From the NCBI GenBank assembly GCA_046485285.1, contig JAWOHE010000018.1:1-16960 (forward strand): DNA of 16,960 nt, in the 5' to 3' direction. Each line of letters begins with the position of its first letter. Positions within the stretch are counted from its first letter, which is position 1. Made by a program: the position numbers and the translations under genes. The DNA is from a bacterium. Lineage in GTDB: Bacteria > Hydrothermota > Tepidihabitantia > Tepidihabitantales > Tepidihabitantaceae. This document shows, one piece after another, positions 7,954 to 16,960 of the stretch. The notes under the pieces are model-generated. The model saw nothing but the letters and a program-made list of their open reading frames with translations. It had not been told where the DNA came from and searched no databases.

Positions 7954-8712
7954 TCAGTCGGCCTGCGGCGTGATGACGTCCCAGCCCCGGAAGACGGCGA
8001 GGACGGTCTCCTCGATCCGGCAGCAGACAAGCTCCATCAGCCGGGCGGCCTTGCCGGTGTCGAAGTCCGGGCGGCCCTCGTCCCGGCCGTAGAGGATGAC
8101 CGAGCCGGGCGAAGGCACGGTGACGAGGCCGGGCCGGGTCACGAAGGCGAGGTCGGGACGGTCGAGTTCGCGGCGGACGTCGCCCGGGCGGTCGGCGAGG
8201 ACGAGGGCGGTTTCGTCGGTCCCGCCGTGGCCGCCGTCGTGGCCGTAGACGGCCCGGGTGTCGTCGGCGCAGAGCGTCCACCAATCGATGGCCATCACCC
8301 GGGCGCCGCATTCCCGGCCGAGCCGGCCGGCGACGCTCTTCAGCGCGTCGGTATTGCCGCCGTGGCCGTTGAGGACGATGATGCGGCGGAAGCCGGCGCC
8401 GGCGAGCCCGCGGGCGACCTCGAACGCGTAGTGCTCGAAGGTCGCGGGCGTGACGGTCAGCGACCCGGGGTAGGCGAGGAGGGAACGGGTGATGCCGTAG
8501 GCGACAGCCGGCGCGACGAGCGCGTTGACGCCGGGCGCGATGCGGCGGGCGATGGCAAGCGGGATCTGGTTGTCGGTGCCGAGGCCGGTGACGCCGTGGG
8601 CTTCGACTGTTCCGACCGGCAGGATGACGGCGTCGAGCCGGGCGGGGACGAGTTCGCGGAACTCCTGCCAGTTGAGTTCCTCGAGCAGGCGACTGCGGGG
8701 GTTGTCATTCAT
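7954..8712 (-). CDS. Creatininase-family amidohydrolase, 252 aa
   Basis: ILPVGTVEAHG...LGTD, PGSLTV, LNGHGGN and GHGGTDET motifs; SD GGGAG. Confidence 0.92.
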   Translation of the reverse strand: MNDNPRSRLLEELNWQEFRELVPARLDAVILPVGTVEAHGVTGLGTDNQIPLAIARRIAPGVNALVAPAVAYGITRSLLAYPGSLTVTPATFEHYAFEVARGLAGAGFRRIIVLNGHGGNTDALKSVAGRLGRECGARVMAIDWWTLCADDTRAVYGHDGGHGGTDETALVLADRPGDVRRELDRPDLAFVTRPGLVTVPSPGSVILYGRDEGRPDFDTGKAARLMELVCCRIEETVLAVFRGWDVITPQAD

Positions 8713-8730
8713 AGGTCGTTCTCCCGTGAC

Positions 8731-8759
8731 ATTTCACCAGCAAACCCGGCCAGTGTCAA
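8731..8759 (-). promoter_or_regulatory. Probable promoter for the creatininase-family gene
   Basis: TTGACA (8759-8754), 17-bp spacer, TGAAAT (8736-8731); back-to-back with the kinase promoter. Confidence 0.5.
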
Positions 8760-8768
8760 TGCGGGCGG

Positions 8769-8797
8769 TTGACCCGGGCGCGGTCCGGGCGTAGACT
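8769..8797 (+). promoter_or_regulatory. Sigma70-type promoter for the two-component genes
   Basis: TTGACC (8769-8774), 17-bp spacer, TAGACT (8792-8797); GTG start follows 8 nt later. Confidence 0.7.
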
Positions 8798-8805
8798 GTC
8801 ACGAC

Positions 8806-9815
8806 GTGCGGACTTTCCGGGAGCCGGAGTTCTGGATCATCCTGGCCTCGGCGGCGGTGCTGACCGCCGGCCATTACACCGCCAGCACCCTTGACCCGTT
8901 CTGGCACGACCTGTTTCGCCGCCTCTACTACCTGCCGATCCTGCTGGCCGGTTTCCGCTATGGACTCCGGGGCGGCCTGCTGACCGCGGCAGCGGTGAGC
9001 TGCGCGTTCCTGCCCCACGTGTTTCTCACTCAGCACGAGCTCCACGTCCAGGCGAGCGAGGCGCGGTTCGAGATACCGCTCTACCTCGCGGTCGGCATCA
9101 TCACCGGCGTGCTGGCTGACCGTCAGCGCCGCGCCGACCGGGCGCTGCGGCGGGTGGAGCGGTTGAAGACGCTCGGCGAGATGGCTGCCGGGATGGCCCA
9201 CGAGGTCCGCAACCCGCTGGCGGCAATCCGCAGCTCGGCGCAGATGCTGGCCGAGGGCGCGGACACCCGGAGTGCCGAGCTGGCCGGCGTCGTGGTCAGC
9301 GAGACCGACCGCGTCGACCGGGTCCTCGGCGACTTCCTGAGCTACGCCCGTCCGGCGCCGCTGCAGTTCGCCCGAGGGAGGCTCAGTGAGGTGCTGGATT
9401 CCTGCGTCCAGCTGCTCGAGCCGGAGGCGAGCCGCCGGCGCATCGAATTGACCCGGCACTACCCCGAGGAGCGGGAACCGGAGGTCTACTTTGACCCGGC
9501 GCAGATGCGCCAGGCGATGTTCAACCTGCTCCTCAACGCCTTCCAAGCCTCGCCGGACGGCGGCCGCATCGCCATCCGGGTCGAGGCGGATGGGCGCCGG
9601 GTGCGCGCGAGCGTGCGCGACTTCGGGCCGGGCGTACCGCAGGACAAGCTCGGCCGCGTTTTCGAACCGTTCTTCACTACCCGCGCGAGCGGCACCGGGC
9701 TCGGACTGGCGATCGCGCGGCGCATCGTCACCGAACACGGCGGCCGTCTCAGGCTCGAGAACGCCGAGGCCCGGGGCGCGGTCGCGACCGTCGAGCTGCC
9801 GGTGGGGAGATCCGC

Positions 9816-9819
<4 letters not shown>
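8806..9819 (+). CDS. Membrane sensor histidine kinase (NtrB/ZraS-like core, 4-TM His-rich input domain), 337 aa
   Basis: H-box AHEVRNPL, N-box NLLLNAFQA, DFGPG, FEPFFTT, GTGLGL; hydrophobic N-terminus containing RRLYYLPI. Confidence 0.95.
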
Positions 9820-11162
<1,343 letters not shown>

Positions 11163-11167
11163 CGCCC

Positions 11168-11185
11168 GGCTGCGGGAACGCAGCC
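11168..11185 (+). terminator. GNRA-loop hairpin just after the regulator stop
   Basis: GGCTGCG-GGAA-CGCAGCC; no U tract directly after it. Confidence 0.35.
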
Positions 11186-11200
11186 AGCAGGTGTAGCATT

Positions 11201-11228
11201 TCAGCCAGTCGCGGCAGTCGGTGGCTGA
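11201..11228. promoter_or_regulatory. Candidate upstream activator site (inverted repeat)
   Basis: TCAGCCA-N14-TGGCTGA, centred about 90 bp upstream of the predicted sigma-54 start site. Confidence 0.35.
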
Positions 11229-11280
11229 CCGTCTCCCGGTAAGTCACGCAGTTTGAGTCCCGGCCGACCGTCCGCGCTCG

Positions 11281-11296
11281 CGGCACGGGTCGTGCA
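11281..11296 (+). promoter_or_regulatory. Sigma-54 (-24/-12) promoter
   Basis: CGGCAC-GGGTC-GTGCA against consensus TGGCAC-N5-TTGCA, with exact GG-N10-GC spacing, directly downstream of a GAFTGA activator gene. Confidence 0.8.
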
Positions 11297-11308
11297 ACTC
11301 CGGAGGGC

Positions 11309-11443
11309 ATGTGCGGAACTGAAGCCGGACCTGGAACCTGGACCGCGAGCCTCTACTACCTCGTGGTATTCGCCGGCCTGATTGCGGCCGGGGTCGTGCT
11401 CGTTGTGCGGCGGATGAGCCGCGGCGAGGAGAGGGACAAGTGA
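11309..11443 (+). CDS. Small single-pass membrane protein, 44 aa
   Basis: MCGTEAGPGTWTASLYYLVVFAGLIAAGVVLVVRRMSRGEERDK*. It fills the gap between promoter and barrel gene, and its TGA overlaps the next GTG (GTGA). Below the ORF-track cutoff. Confidence 0.75.
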   Translation: MCGTEAGPGTWTASLYYLVVFAGLIAAGVVLVVRRMSRGEERDK

Positions 11444-12456
11444 CGCTCCGCATCGTCGTGGCCGTCGCGCTGGCCGGGGCGGTTGCCATTGGAGGGGTCC
11501 AGGTCAGGACCAACGGTGCGCTCTACCCGTGGTTCCGGTTCGACGGGGCGATGAACAGCTTCATGTTGATGGGCGCGGAACTGGACGTGCAGGCGACCGT
11601 GACCAGCGCGACCCGGGACCTGTTCAGCGTCGCGCTCCAGCTCAACGCCGGTACAGCGATGCCGGGCTGGACGAGCAGCTTCCACTTCGGCGAGGCCTAC
11701 GCGGTCATACCACTGGGCCTGTCACGGCCGTCGGTGCGCGTCGGCCAGGCGGTGATTCCCTTCGGCCTGATGGCCGACTACGACGTCCACAACCAGATCA
11801 TCCAGACTTCGTTCGCCCGGACGGTCGGGCTTCGGCTCGACGCAGGCATCGGCATCCTGGGCACGCTCGGCCCGACCGGCTACTGGCTCCAGGTTTCCAA
11901 CGGGAGCGGTCCCTTCGCCATGGACGGCGACCGGGACAAAGTGATAACAACGAGGATTGCGCCGACGTTCCTCGCTGGCGACGCAGAGCTGACGGTCGGG
12001 CTGAGCGGCCTGGTCGGGGTGCTGCCCTACTGGCCGATGGACAGCCTGCCGCGGATGGCGGACGGGCCGACGGCCTTCGCCCGCAAGTTCCGGCTCGGGC
12101 TCGACAACACGACCGACTGGGGACCGGTGACACTCCGGCTCGAGGGCGTCGCGGGACGCGACTCGAGCCTGGCCGGGCCGGCCGGGTTTGGCTACTACGC
12201 CGAGGCGCGCTGGGCGCTGGGCTGGCCGGTCGAGCTGATCGCCAAGTATGACGGCTGGCACCAGCAGGAGGCGGGGGCGTGGCGGTCGGCACGCAGCCTG
12301 GGTCTTGGGACAACCCTGCGACTGCCGGAGCTGACCGGGCTCGACCTGCAGGTCGTCTACGATCACGAGTTCGGGAAGATCGGTGGACACGGAGGACATG
12401 GAGGAAACGATGGACAGGATTGGTCGGCTTCGACCCAGCTCACGGTTCTTTTCTAG
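11440..12456 (+). CDS. Putative outer-membrane beta-barrel/porin (OprO/P-like), 338 aa
   Basis: Signal-like N-terminus, amphipathic strands, EAY...VRVGQxxIPFGL, VSNGSG...DRDK, and C-terminal Phe (TQLTVLF). Confidence 0.72.
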   Translation: MTLRIVVAVALAGAVAIGGVQVRTNGALYPWFRFDGAMNSFMLMGAELDVQATVTSATRDLFSVALQLNAGTAMPGWTSSFHFGEAYAVIPLGLSRPSVRVGQAVIPFGLMADYDVHNQIIQTSFARTVGLRLDAGIGILGTLGPTGYWLQVSNGSGPFAMDGDRDKVITTRIAPTFLAGDAELTVGLSGLVGVLPYWPMDSLPRMADGPTAFARKFRLGLDNTTDWGPVTLRLEGVAGRDSSLAGPAGFGYYAEARWALGWPVELIAKYDGWHQQEAGAWRSARSLGLGTTLRLPELTGLDLQVVYDHEFGKIGGHGGHGGNDGQDWSASTQLTVLF

Positions 12457-13006
12457 CCTGGTCGTGCTGGCGCTCGCGTCCGGCACCGCCTCGGCCGCAC
12501 TCTGCGTCTGGCGCTCGCCGGACGCGGACATTGCCGAGCTCTTCAGCGCCGACGGCTACAAGACCGTGTTCGTGGACATCTCGGACGCCCGGCGGGCGCG
12601 GATCGAGGCGAGGCTCGGGTTCGAGCTCGACCCGGACGAGACCCAGTTCAAGTTCTTCCCGGTGTTCAGGGCCGACAAGCAGGTCGGGACGGTGATGACC
12701 CACGCAGGCAAGGGCCAGTTCGGGGCGATCGAGGTCGTCGTCGCGGTGGTCAACACCGACTCCGGCCCGCGCATCAGGGCGGTGCGTATCCAGCGCGACC
12801 GCGAGAGGGCCAAGGCCGCGTTGCGCTCGCGCGAGTTCCTCGGCCAGTTCGCGGGCAAGGGCCCGGGCGACGCCTTCGCGGTCGGCAAGGACATCAAGAC
12901 CGCGGCGGCCGGGGCCGAGAAGGCGTCGCAGGCGGTCGCGGCGGCGGCGCGCAAGCTGGTCGTCGTCTATGACGATTTCTACGGCCGCGCCGGGGGCGAC
13001 CAGTGA
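12410..13006 (+). CDS. Secreted FMN-binding-domain-like protein with a degenerate flavinylation motif, 198 aa
   Basis: SD GGAGG at 12400-12404; signal peptide ending ASA. KGQFGAIEVVVAV...IRAVRI...FLGQFAGK...DI...GAEKASQAV follows the FMN_bind/RnfG-like pattern. Confidence 0.68.
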   Translation: MDRIGRLRPSSRFFSSLVVLALASGTASAALCVWRSPDADIAELFSADGYKTVFVDISDARRARIEARLGFELDPDETQFKFFPVFRADKQVGTVMTHAGKGQFGAIEVVVAVVNTDSGPRIRAVRIQRDRERAKAALRSREFLGQFAGKGPGDAFAVGKDIKTAAAGAEKASQAVAAAARKLVVVYDDFYGRAGGDQ

Positions 13007-14160
13007 GTTTCCTCCGTTTCGCGCTTCGCAACCTGTTTGCCCACCGGATGCGGACGGCGCTGACGCTCGCGAGCATGGTCGTCGCGGTGGCGGTGCTCTT
13101 CACCCTGCTGTCGTTCAACCGCGGCTACGAGCGCGGGCTGCGCGACCAGCTCCAGGGAATGGGCATCCACATGCTGGTCGTGCCGGTCGGCTGTCCCTAC
13201 GAGGCGGCATCGCTGATCATCAAGGGCGGGCAGATCCCCAGTTACCTGCCCTGGAGTGCGCTGGACGAGGTGCGGGCGCTCCCCGAGATCGAGGTCGCGG
13301 CGCCGTCGTTCATGAGCGGGATCGTCCGGCCGGAGGAAGGCCGGACCGACATCTACCTCGGCATCGATTCTTCGATGCTCGCGCTGAAGAACTGGTGGAA
13401 GCTCGAGGGCCGGTTCCCGGCCGCTCCCGACGAGATGATGCTGGGCCACGACGTCACGCTCATCGAGCTGTCGAACGTCGGCGACGAGATCTACGTGCCG
13501 GAAATGGACCGGACCTTCCGGATCGTCGGCGCGCTCGAGCCGACCGGGACCGAGGATGACGGCTTCTTCTACGTCACGATCGAGACTGCCCAGGAGATGT
13601 TCGAGCACCCGGGCGAGCTGACCGCGTTGTCGATCCGGCTCACCGACCCGGACCTCGCGGCGGTGGCGAGCGCGAAGCTGGCCGGCATCGAGGGCGCCGA
13701 GGTGATAACGATGGCCGAACTGCTCGGGACGATGATGACGCTGATGGGCTCGGCGAAGACGCTGTTGCTGTCGATCGTGCTCATCGTCATCGTCATCGCC
13801 GCGCTGGGCGTGCTCAACACGGTGCTGATGTCGGTGTTCGAGCGGACCCGGGAAATCGGGGTGATGCGCGCGACCGGCGCGAGCCGCTGGCATGTCTTCG
13901 GGCTGGTCTGGCTCGAGACGGTCGTCCTGAGCCTGCTCGGCGGGGCGGGCGGCCTCGGGCTGGCGCTGGTCGGCGCGCGGGTCATCGAGGGCGTCATCAA
14001 GCGGGTCCTGCCGCTGGCGCCGCGGGGCAGCGTTGTCGCGCTCGAGCCGGGGACCTTCCTGCTCGTGCTCGGGTTCGTACTCGGCATCGGACTGGTGGCT
14101 GGTTTCTACCCGGCGCTGCGCGCCTCGCGCCAGCGGCCGGTCGAAGCGCTGAGGAGTTGA
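13003..14160 (+). CDS. ABC transporter permease, MacB/FtsX (type VII) family, copy 1, 385 aa
   Basis: ALRNL...RTALT TM1, large periplasmic domain, SVFERTREIGVMRATGA, GFYPALRAS...PVEALR. Confidence 0.95.
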   Translation: MSFLRFALRNLFAHRMRTALTLASMVVAVAVLFTLLSFNRGYERGLRDQLQGMGIHMLVVPVGCPYEAASLIIKGGQIPSYLPWSALDEVRALPEIEVAAPSFMSGIVRPEEGRTDIYLGIDSSMLALKNWWKLEGRFPAAPDEMMLGHDVTLIELSNVGDEIYVPEMDRTFRIVGALEPTGTEDDGFFYVTIETAQEMFEHPGELTALSIRLTDPDLAAVASAKLAGIEGAEVITMAELLGTMMTLMGSAKTLLLSIVLIVIVIAALGVLNTVLMSVFERTREIGVMRATGASRWHVFGLVWLETVVLSLLGGAGGLGLALVGARVIEGVIKRVLPLAPRGSVVALEPGTFLLVLGFVLGIGLVAGFYPALRASRQRPVEALRS

Positions 14161-14163
14161 GTG

Positions 14164-15324
14164 ATGACCTGGTTCTACCTTGCCTTCAAGAATCTCATCC
14201 GGCGGCGGACGCGGACGGTGCTGACCGTACTCGGCGTCGCGATCGCGATCGCGGTGCTGTACTCGCTGTTCCAGTTCCAGCAGGGTTACCAGCAGCGGCT
14301 GCGGGCGGAGCTGGGCGCGCTCGGCGCGCACGTGATGGTCGTGCCGAAGGGCTGTCCCTACGAGGCGGCGACGATCGCGCTCCACGGCGGCAAGTGGCCG
14401 CGCTACATGGACGAGGCGTTGCTGGCGACGGTCAAGGACGACCCTGGGGTCGAACAGGCGGCGGGTATCCTGATGGACGCGGTGTTCCTGCCCGACGGGC
14501 GGAACGTCATCCTCGTCGGCATCGACGAGGACTACGCCCGGATGCGGCCGGCCTGGTGGGTCGAGGGCTCGTGGTTTGACGCCGACTCGACGGTCATCCT
14601 CGGCGCGACGGTCGCCGAGGCGGGGCGGCTGAAGCCGGGCGACTGGTGGATACTGCCGGGCAAGGAGATCCAGCTCCGGGTCGCCGGCGTCCTGCACCGG
14701 ACCAAGACCCAGGACGACGGGTTCGTCTTCCTGCCCCGCAAGGCGCTGCAGCAGTTCTCCGAACTCGAAGGCAAGCTGGTCGTGATCCTCGTCAAGGCCC
14801 GCGAGGTGGAGCGCACCGACGAACTGGTCGCCTCGCTGCGCGCGCAGGACGTCAACATGAACGTCTTCCCGCTGACCGAGCTGCTCAACACCATCGGCGA
14901 TCTCATCGCCAGCACGCGGGTGTTCGTGACCGCGGTCATCATCATCGCGGTGCTCATCGGCGCGGTCGGGGTGCTCAACACGGTGTTGATGGCGGTGTTC
15001 GAGCGGACGCGGGAAATCGGGATGATGAAGGCGATGGGCGCGGGCCGGGCGGACGTGTTCCGGCTGATCTGGGCGGAGACGGTGCTGGTGACCTTCTTCG
15101 GCGGGCTGGTCGGGGTCGGCATCGCGCTGGTCTCGTCGCGGCTGGTCGAGGCATTCATCCGGGCGTCGCTGCCGTTCGCGCCGGCGGGCTCGCTCATCTC
15201 GTTCTCGCTGCCGACATTGCTGTTCTGCATCGGGCTGTCGCTGGTCCTCGGGCTGGTGGCGGGATTCTACCCGGCGTGGCGGGCGGCAAGGGTCAGCCCG
15301 GTCGAGGCGATCAAGGCGGATTAG
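14164..15324 (+). CDS. ABC transporter permease, MacB/FtsX family, copy 2, about 386 aa
   Basis: AFKNL...RTVLT, AVFERTREIGMMKAMGA, GFYPAWRAARVSPVEAIK. SD GAGGAG at 14151-14156; start is ATG 14164 or GTG 14161. Confidence 0.95.
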   Translation: MTWFYLAFKNLIRRRTRTVLTVLGVAIAIAVLYSLFQFQQGYQQRLRAELGALGAHVMVVPKGCPYEAATIALHGGKWPRYMDEALLATVKDDPGVEQAAGILMDAVFLPDGRNVILVGIDEDYARMRPAWWVEGSWFDADSTVILGATVAEAGRLKPGDWWILPGKEIQLRVAGVLHRTKTQDDGFVFLPRKALQQFSELEGKLVVILVKAREVERTDELVASLRAQDVNMNVFPLTELLNTIGDLIASTRVFVTAVIIIAVLIGAVGVLNTVLMAVFERTREIGMMKAMGAGRADVFRLIWAETVLVTFFGGLVGVGIALVSSRLVEAFIRASLPFAPAGSLISFSLPTLLFCIGLSLVLGLVAGFYPAWRAARVSPVEAIKAD

Positions 15325-15335
15325 ATGGGGATATC

Positions 15336-16049
15336 ATGAACGAAGGCAGAGCCTGGAGCACTGACGTCAGGGCGCCGGAGTCGGGCGCGGCGGTCGCGGC
15401 GCGGGGACTGGAGCGGGTCTACCGGCGGGGGAGCGAGCGCATCCACGCGCTCAAGGCGATCAACCTGGCGGTCGCCGCCGGCGAGTTTGTCGGGGTCGTC
15501 GGCCACTCGGGCGCGGGCAAGACGACGCTGCTCAATCTTATCGGGCTGATGGACCGGCCGACGCGGGGCGAGCTGGCGCTGTTCGGCCAGCCGGTCAGCC
15601 GCCGCGAACTGGCGCGCGACGCGCTCCGGCGCGCCAACGTCGGGTTCGTGTTCCAAGACTTCCACCTGCTGCCGACGCTGACGGCGCTCGAGAACGTGCT
15701 GCTGCCCGGACTCTGGGCCGGGCGCGACGCCTGCCTGCGCGGGCGGGCGCGGGCGCTGCTCGAGCGGGTCGGGCTGGCGAAGCGGATGACCCACCGGCCG
15801 GGCGAGCTGTCGGGCGGCGAGATGCAGCGGGTCGCGGTCGCCCGGGCGCTGGTCAACTCGCCGCGGCTGTTGCTTGCCGACGAGCCGACCGGCAACCTCG
15901 ACACCCGGACGCGCGACGAGATACTTGAACTGCTGCGGGAGCTGAACGGGCGCGACGGGCTGACCGTGCTATTCGCGACCCACGACCGCAGCCTCGAGGG
16001 CCGGTTCGGCCGGCTGGTGCGACTGGAGGACGGCAATGTCGTCGCCTGA
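15336..16049 (+). CDS. ABC ATP-binding protein (LolD/MacB-like), canonical motifs, 237 aa
   Basis: GHSGAGKT, GFVFQ, LSGGE, LLADEPTGNLD, ATHD. Confidence 0.95.
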   Translation: MNEGRAWSTDVRAPESGAAVAARGLERVYRRGSERIHALKAINLAVAAGEFVGVVGHSGAGKTTLLNLIGLMDRPTRGELALFGQPVSRRELARDALRRANVGFVFQDFHLLPTLTALENVLLPGLWAGRDACLRGRARALLERVGLAKRMTHRPGELSGGEMQRVAVARALVNSPRLLLADEPTGNLDTRTRDEILELLRELNGRDGLTVLFATHDRSLEGRFGRLVRLEDGNVVA

Positions 16050-16737
16050 GCGTTCCGCCGTCCTCGCAGTCAGCGACCTCTGGCGGAGCTACCGCCGGGG
16101 CAGCGAGACCATCCACGCGCTCGCCGGGGTCACGCTCGCCATCGCGCCGGGCGAGGTCCTGGCGGTGGTCGGGCGCAGCGGTTCGGGCAAGACGACGCTG
16201 CTCAACCAGGTCGGCTGTCTCGACCGGCCGACCTGGGGCAGCATCCGGCTGGCCGGCACCGAGGTGACCGGCCTCGCCGAGTCCGAACTGGTCGCGTTCC
16301 GGCGCAACCACGTCGGATTCATCTTCCAGCTCTTCTACCTCATTCCGACCCTGACCGTCGAGGAGAACGTCCGCCTGCCGCTGATCTTCGCGCGGCGGTC
16401 GGACGACAGCCGCGTCCGGGAGCTCCTGCAGCGCACCGGGCTCGAGCGGCACCGGCGGAGCCTGCCCGGCCAACTCGACGGCGGGACGATGCAGCGGGTC
16501 GCCATCGCCCGGGCGCTGGTCAACCGGCCGAAGCTGCTGCTGGCCGACGAGCCGACCGGCCGGCTCGAGCGCGCGGCGCGCGAACAGGTGCTGGCGATTT
16601 TCCGCGAACTCGCGGCCGACGGCCTCGGCATCCTGATGGCGACCCACGACCTCGAACAGGCGGCGCAGGCGGACCGGATAATCGAACTTTCCGACGGCAA
16701 GGTCGTCGGGGAGACCAACAACAGGAGGATAGCGTGA
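16036..16737 (+). CDS. ABC ATP-binding protein (LolD/MacB-like), degenerate signature, 233 aa
   Basis: GRSGSGKT, GFIFQ, signature LDGGT, LLADEPTGRLE, ATHD. Confidence 0.93.
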   Translation: MSSPERSAVLAVSDLWRSYRRGSETIHALAGVTLAIAPGEVLAVVGRSGSGKTTLLNQVGCLDRPTWGSIRLAGTEVTGLAESELVAFRRNHVGFIFQLFYLIPTLTVEENVRLPLIFARRSDDSRVRELLQRTGLERHRRSLPGQLDGGTMQRVAIARALVNRPKLLLADEPTGRLERAAREQVLAIFRELAADGLGILMATHDLEQAAQADRIIELSDGKVVGETNNRRIA

Positions 16738-16960
16738 GATACCTGACAGGCGGAGTGGTACTGATGATGGCGGTCGCGGTCGTCGCGGTCGCCACGGGCT
16801 GCGGCGGCGCAAGGACGGCGAAGACCGAAACCTACGGCCGGGCGATACCGGCGGACATCGCGGTGACGACCGCGGCGGCGATCCACGCCGATCCGGCGGC
16901 ATTCGCGGGGCAGGAGGTCCTCGTCGCCGGCCGGATAACCAGCGAGTGCCCGTCGGGCGG
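16734..16960 (+). CDS. Lipoprotein, OB-fold/DUF4920-like, partial (runs off the right edge)
   Basis: SD AGGAGG at 16723-16728, GTGA overlap. MRYLTGGVVLMMAVAVVAVATG-CGGARTAKTETYGRAIP...IHADPAAFAGQEVLVAGRITSECPSGG. Not in the ORF track. Confidence 0.78.
   Translation, partial: MRYLTGGVVLMMAVAVVAVATGCGGARTAKTETYGRAIPADIAVTTAAAIHADPAAFAGQEVLVAGRITSECPSG

Noticed and set aside
7806-8030. N-terminal extension of ORF 6996..8030
   Set aside because: It runs through the tRNA-Asp, its promoter and the creatininase 3' end; the signal peptide begins at 7805.
7954-8712. Creatininase-family gene as mycofactocin MftE or a RiPP peptidase
   Set aside because: No precursor peptide, radical SAM or other mft genes in the window; only the family-level call is supported.
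13192-13194. TGT Cys codon in both GCPYE motifs as a trace of selenocysteine ancestry
   Set aside because: No in-frame TGA or SECIS is visible, TGT is used for other Cys residues in the window, and paralogy explains the identity.
13810-15084. DNA similarity between 13810-13923 and 14971-15084
   Set aside because: Explained by the conserved FtsX-domain motif of two paralogous permeases; not a mobile or regulatory repeat.

Overview
High-GC bacterial window from a diderm organism; an orphan C-terminal sorting motif suggests candidate division WOR-3 (my recollection, not verified). Left part: the start of an IS1182-like transposase and its probable left end, an aquaporin Z gene broken by one in-frame TAA, an SPFH/prohibitin gene, an orphan sorting-domain fragment, a SAM methyltransferase and a PDZ-containing lipoprotein. 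Middle, on the minus strand: creatininase-family gene, a CCA-less tRNA-Asp(GTC), a secreted protein starting 1 nt after the tRNA, and an Ig/beta-helix lipoprotein. Right part (8806-16960): a His-rich membrane sensor kinase and NtrC-type regulator, then a sigma-54 promoter and a tightly coupled envelope operon. The operon encodes a 44-aa membrane peptide missing from the ORF track, an outer-membrane beta-barrel, an FMN-bind-like protein lacking its flavinylation Thr, two MacB/FtsX permeases that both carry GCPYE, two ABC ATPases (one degenerate) and a Cys-containing OB-fold-like lipoprotein cut by the window edge. This operon is the best candidate for an undescribed system. Several genes look leaderless. 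All family calls come from motif recognition by eye; no searches were run.
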